NCBI GenBank assembly: GCA_022736555.1
Contig: DZCW01000002.1
Location: 25,070-89,069 of the forward strand
Source of the DNA: Candidatus Saccharimonas sp.
GTDB taxonomy: Bacteria; Patescibacteriota; Saccharimonadia; Saccharimonadales; Saccharimonadaceae
Direction of reading: 5' to 3'
DNA length: 64,000 bases
Shown here: positions 63,202 to 64,000 of the stretch, piece after piece
How positions within the stretch are numbered: position 1 is the first letter of the stretch
Layout: each line of letters begins with the position of its first letter
Notes under the pieces: generated by a model
Told to the model about the DNA's origin: nothing
Databases searched by the model: none
Seen by the model: the letters and a program-made list of their open reading frames with translations, nothing else
Program-made: the position numbers and the translations under genes

Positions 63202-64000
63202 TTAAAATTTCCCGATACTTGCTCATTAGTACTAATACTTTCTGCGATACCAGCCAATAGGATGTTAGTACGAATATGCGATTTAATACCAGATCCCGAT
63301 GGTATATCATTAAGAAAATCGTCGACAAGTTGGTAACGAGCATTTTCATTTTGACCGACTGTAATACTTTTAGACTTTTCGATATCTTGAAGCCTGACTA
63401 ATTCATATGTTTTACCACCGATCAAGTCGCTGTTTCTATAAATATGGATATCAAAATGTTCCAATCCACCAGTGTCGTGTGGGTTAATCGTTTGTTTGCC
63501 TTTAACTTCGGTCGATTGGTATGAGTGGACTTGGATATTTATTAAAGGCCCAATCTGGATATTTACGCGCTCATGGCGCAAACGCCCGTTCCCTTTATAT
63601 GTGTCTTTTTTAGCCACACCCCAAGCACGACGCGAGAAACCTGTGTGTAGAAGATTCATAGATACTGTAGTAGTAACGCGGCAGTCTTTTTTTAATTGGA
63701 TTAATGAGTAGCTATCTATTTCGCCAAAAACATTGTCTGGAAATATATATCGGTTATCGATATTAAACATCTTTTTATAGAATTTATCTGGTATCTGTGC
63801 TTTGAAATCATTAATACTATTTTTATACGAGAACAGCTCGAATTGATCATAGTCTAATGTATCAGTGAGATAGCTAAGTAGATCGACGAAATGATAACCA
63901 GAATGGAGTAGCTTACCATAACCGAAAGCATAGGGATGGTTTGTGAGGTTTGGTATTTCATCTGGAAAATCCCAACGTCCATCTGAGTGATAGATGTCAA
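63195..64000 (-). CDS. Partial ORF running off the window, Gfo/Idh/MocA-like C-terminal domain (tentative)
   Basis: My manual extension shows the frame is open to position 64000. GYGKLLHSGYHFVDLLSYL and ...RVTTTVSMN...RVNIQIGPLINIQVH resemble the oxidoreductase C-domain pattern. Confidence 0.35.
   Translation of the reverse strand, partial: DIYHSDGRWDFPDEIPNLTNHPYAFGYGKLLHSGYHFVDLLSYLTDTLDYDQFELFSYKNSINDFKAQIPDKFYKKMFNIDNRYIFPDNVFGEIDSYSLIQLKKDCRVTTTVSMNLLHTGFSRRAWGVAKKDTYKGNGRLRHERVNIQIGPLINIQVHSYQSTEVKGKQTINPHDTGGLEHFDIHIYRNSDLIGGKTYELVRLQDIEKSKSITVGQNENARYQLVDDFLNDIPSGSGIKSHIRTNILLAGIAESISTNEQVSGNFKL

Noticed and set aside
63195-63215. Programmed -1 ribosomal frameshift on A-AAT-TTT joining the oxidoreductase-like ORF to the kinase
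   Set aside because: The -1 frame contains TAA immediately after the slippery heptamer (minus-strand ...AAA TTT TAA). A shift there would terminate at once. Only an indel in the following AAA run would produce a fusion.
1-64000. CRISPR arrays, prophage, transposase/integrase, toxin-antitoxin pairs, retron or DGR reverse transcriptase
   Set aside because: No spaced direct-repeat array, no recombinase or RT motifs, and no small paired ORFs of TA type were seen in any frame. The only mobile-type gene is the small HNH ORF.

Overview
Gene-dense, low-GC window (about 40% G+C by eye) with about 75 genes, 7 singleton tRNAs, and no rRNA, CRISPR array, transposase or integrase. The gene content fits a small-genome monoderm of the Patescibacteria/CPR type, Saccharibacteria-like; this is an inference. 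Supporting content: a type IV pilus machine without a secretin, five prepilins, a core-only ComEC, phosphoketolase plus acetate kinase, MurT/GatD, a lamin-tail-domain surface protein, and a short TsaB.

Ordinary content:
- An HrcA/CIRCE heat-shock regulon (hrcA, grpE, dnaK, dnaJ) interleaved with ackA and pgsA.
- ruvCAB, recA and recX.
- tsaEB, rny, alr, murT/gatD, murA, murB, glyA, folD and xfp.

Most notable items:
1. A heliorhodopsin gene at 40846-41610.
2. A RimK glutamate-ligase module flanked by two candidate C-terminal trimming peptidases: RimB-like, and a DUF1704/MATCAP-like HExxH protein.
3. An XRE-HTH::MurA fusion.
4. A membrane-anchored two-ring Clp/Hsp100-like ATPase with a degenerate first Walker B.
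5. Two in-frame TGA codons that both fall where Arg is expected. One splits a surface protein from its membrane anchor. The other, together with an 8-bp tandem duplication, inactivates a P-type ATPase.
6. tRNA-derived sequence fragments next to tRNA-Pro and tRNA-Arg(UCU). These include a tRNA-Pro T-arm copy split in its T-loop by a 100-nt GC-rich hairpin-rich insert.
7. An AT-rich terminal operon (oxidoreductase-like, dTMP-kinase-like, Nudix) in which the kinase P-loop region has no start codon and sits one nucleotide out of frame with the upstream ORF.

All family assignments come from motifs read by eye in the supplied translations. No database search was run.
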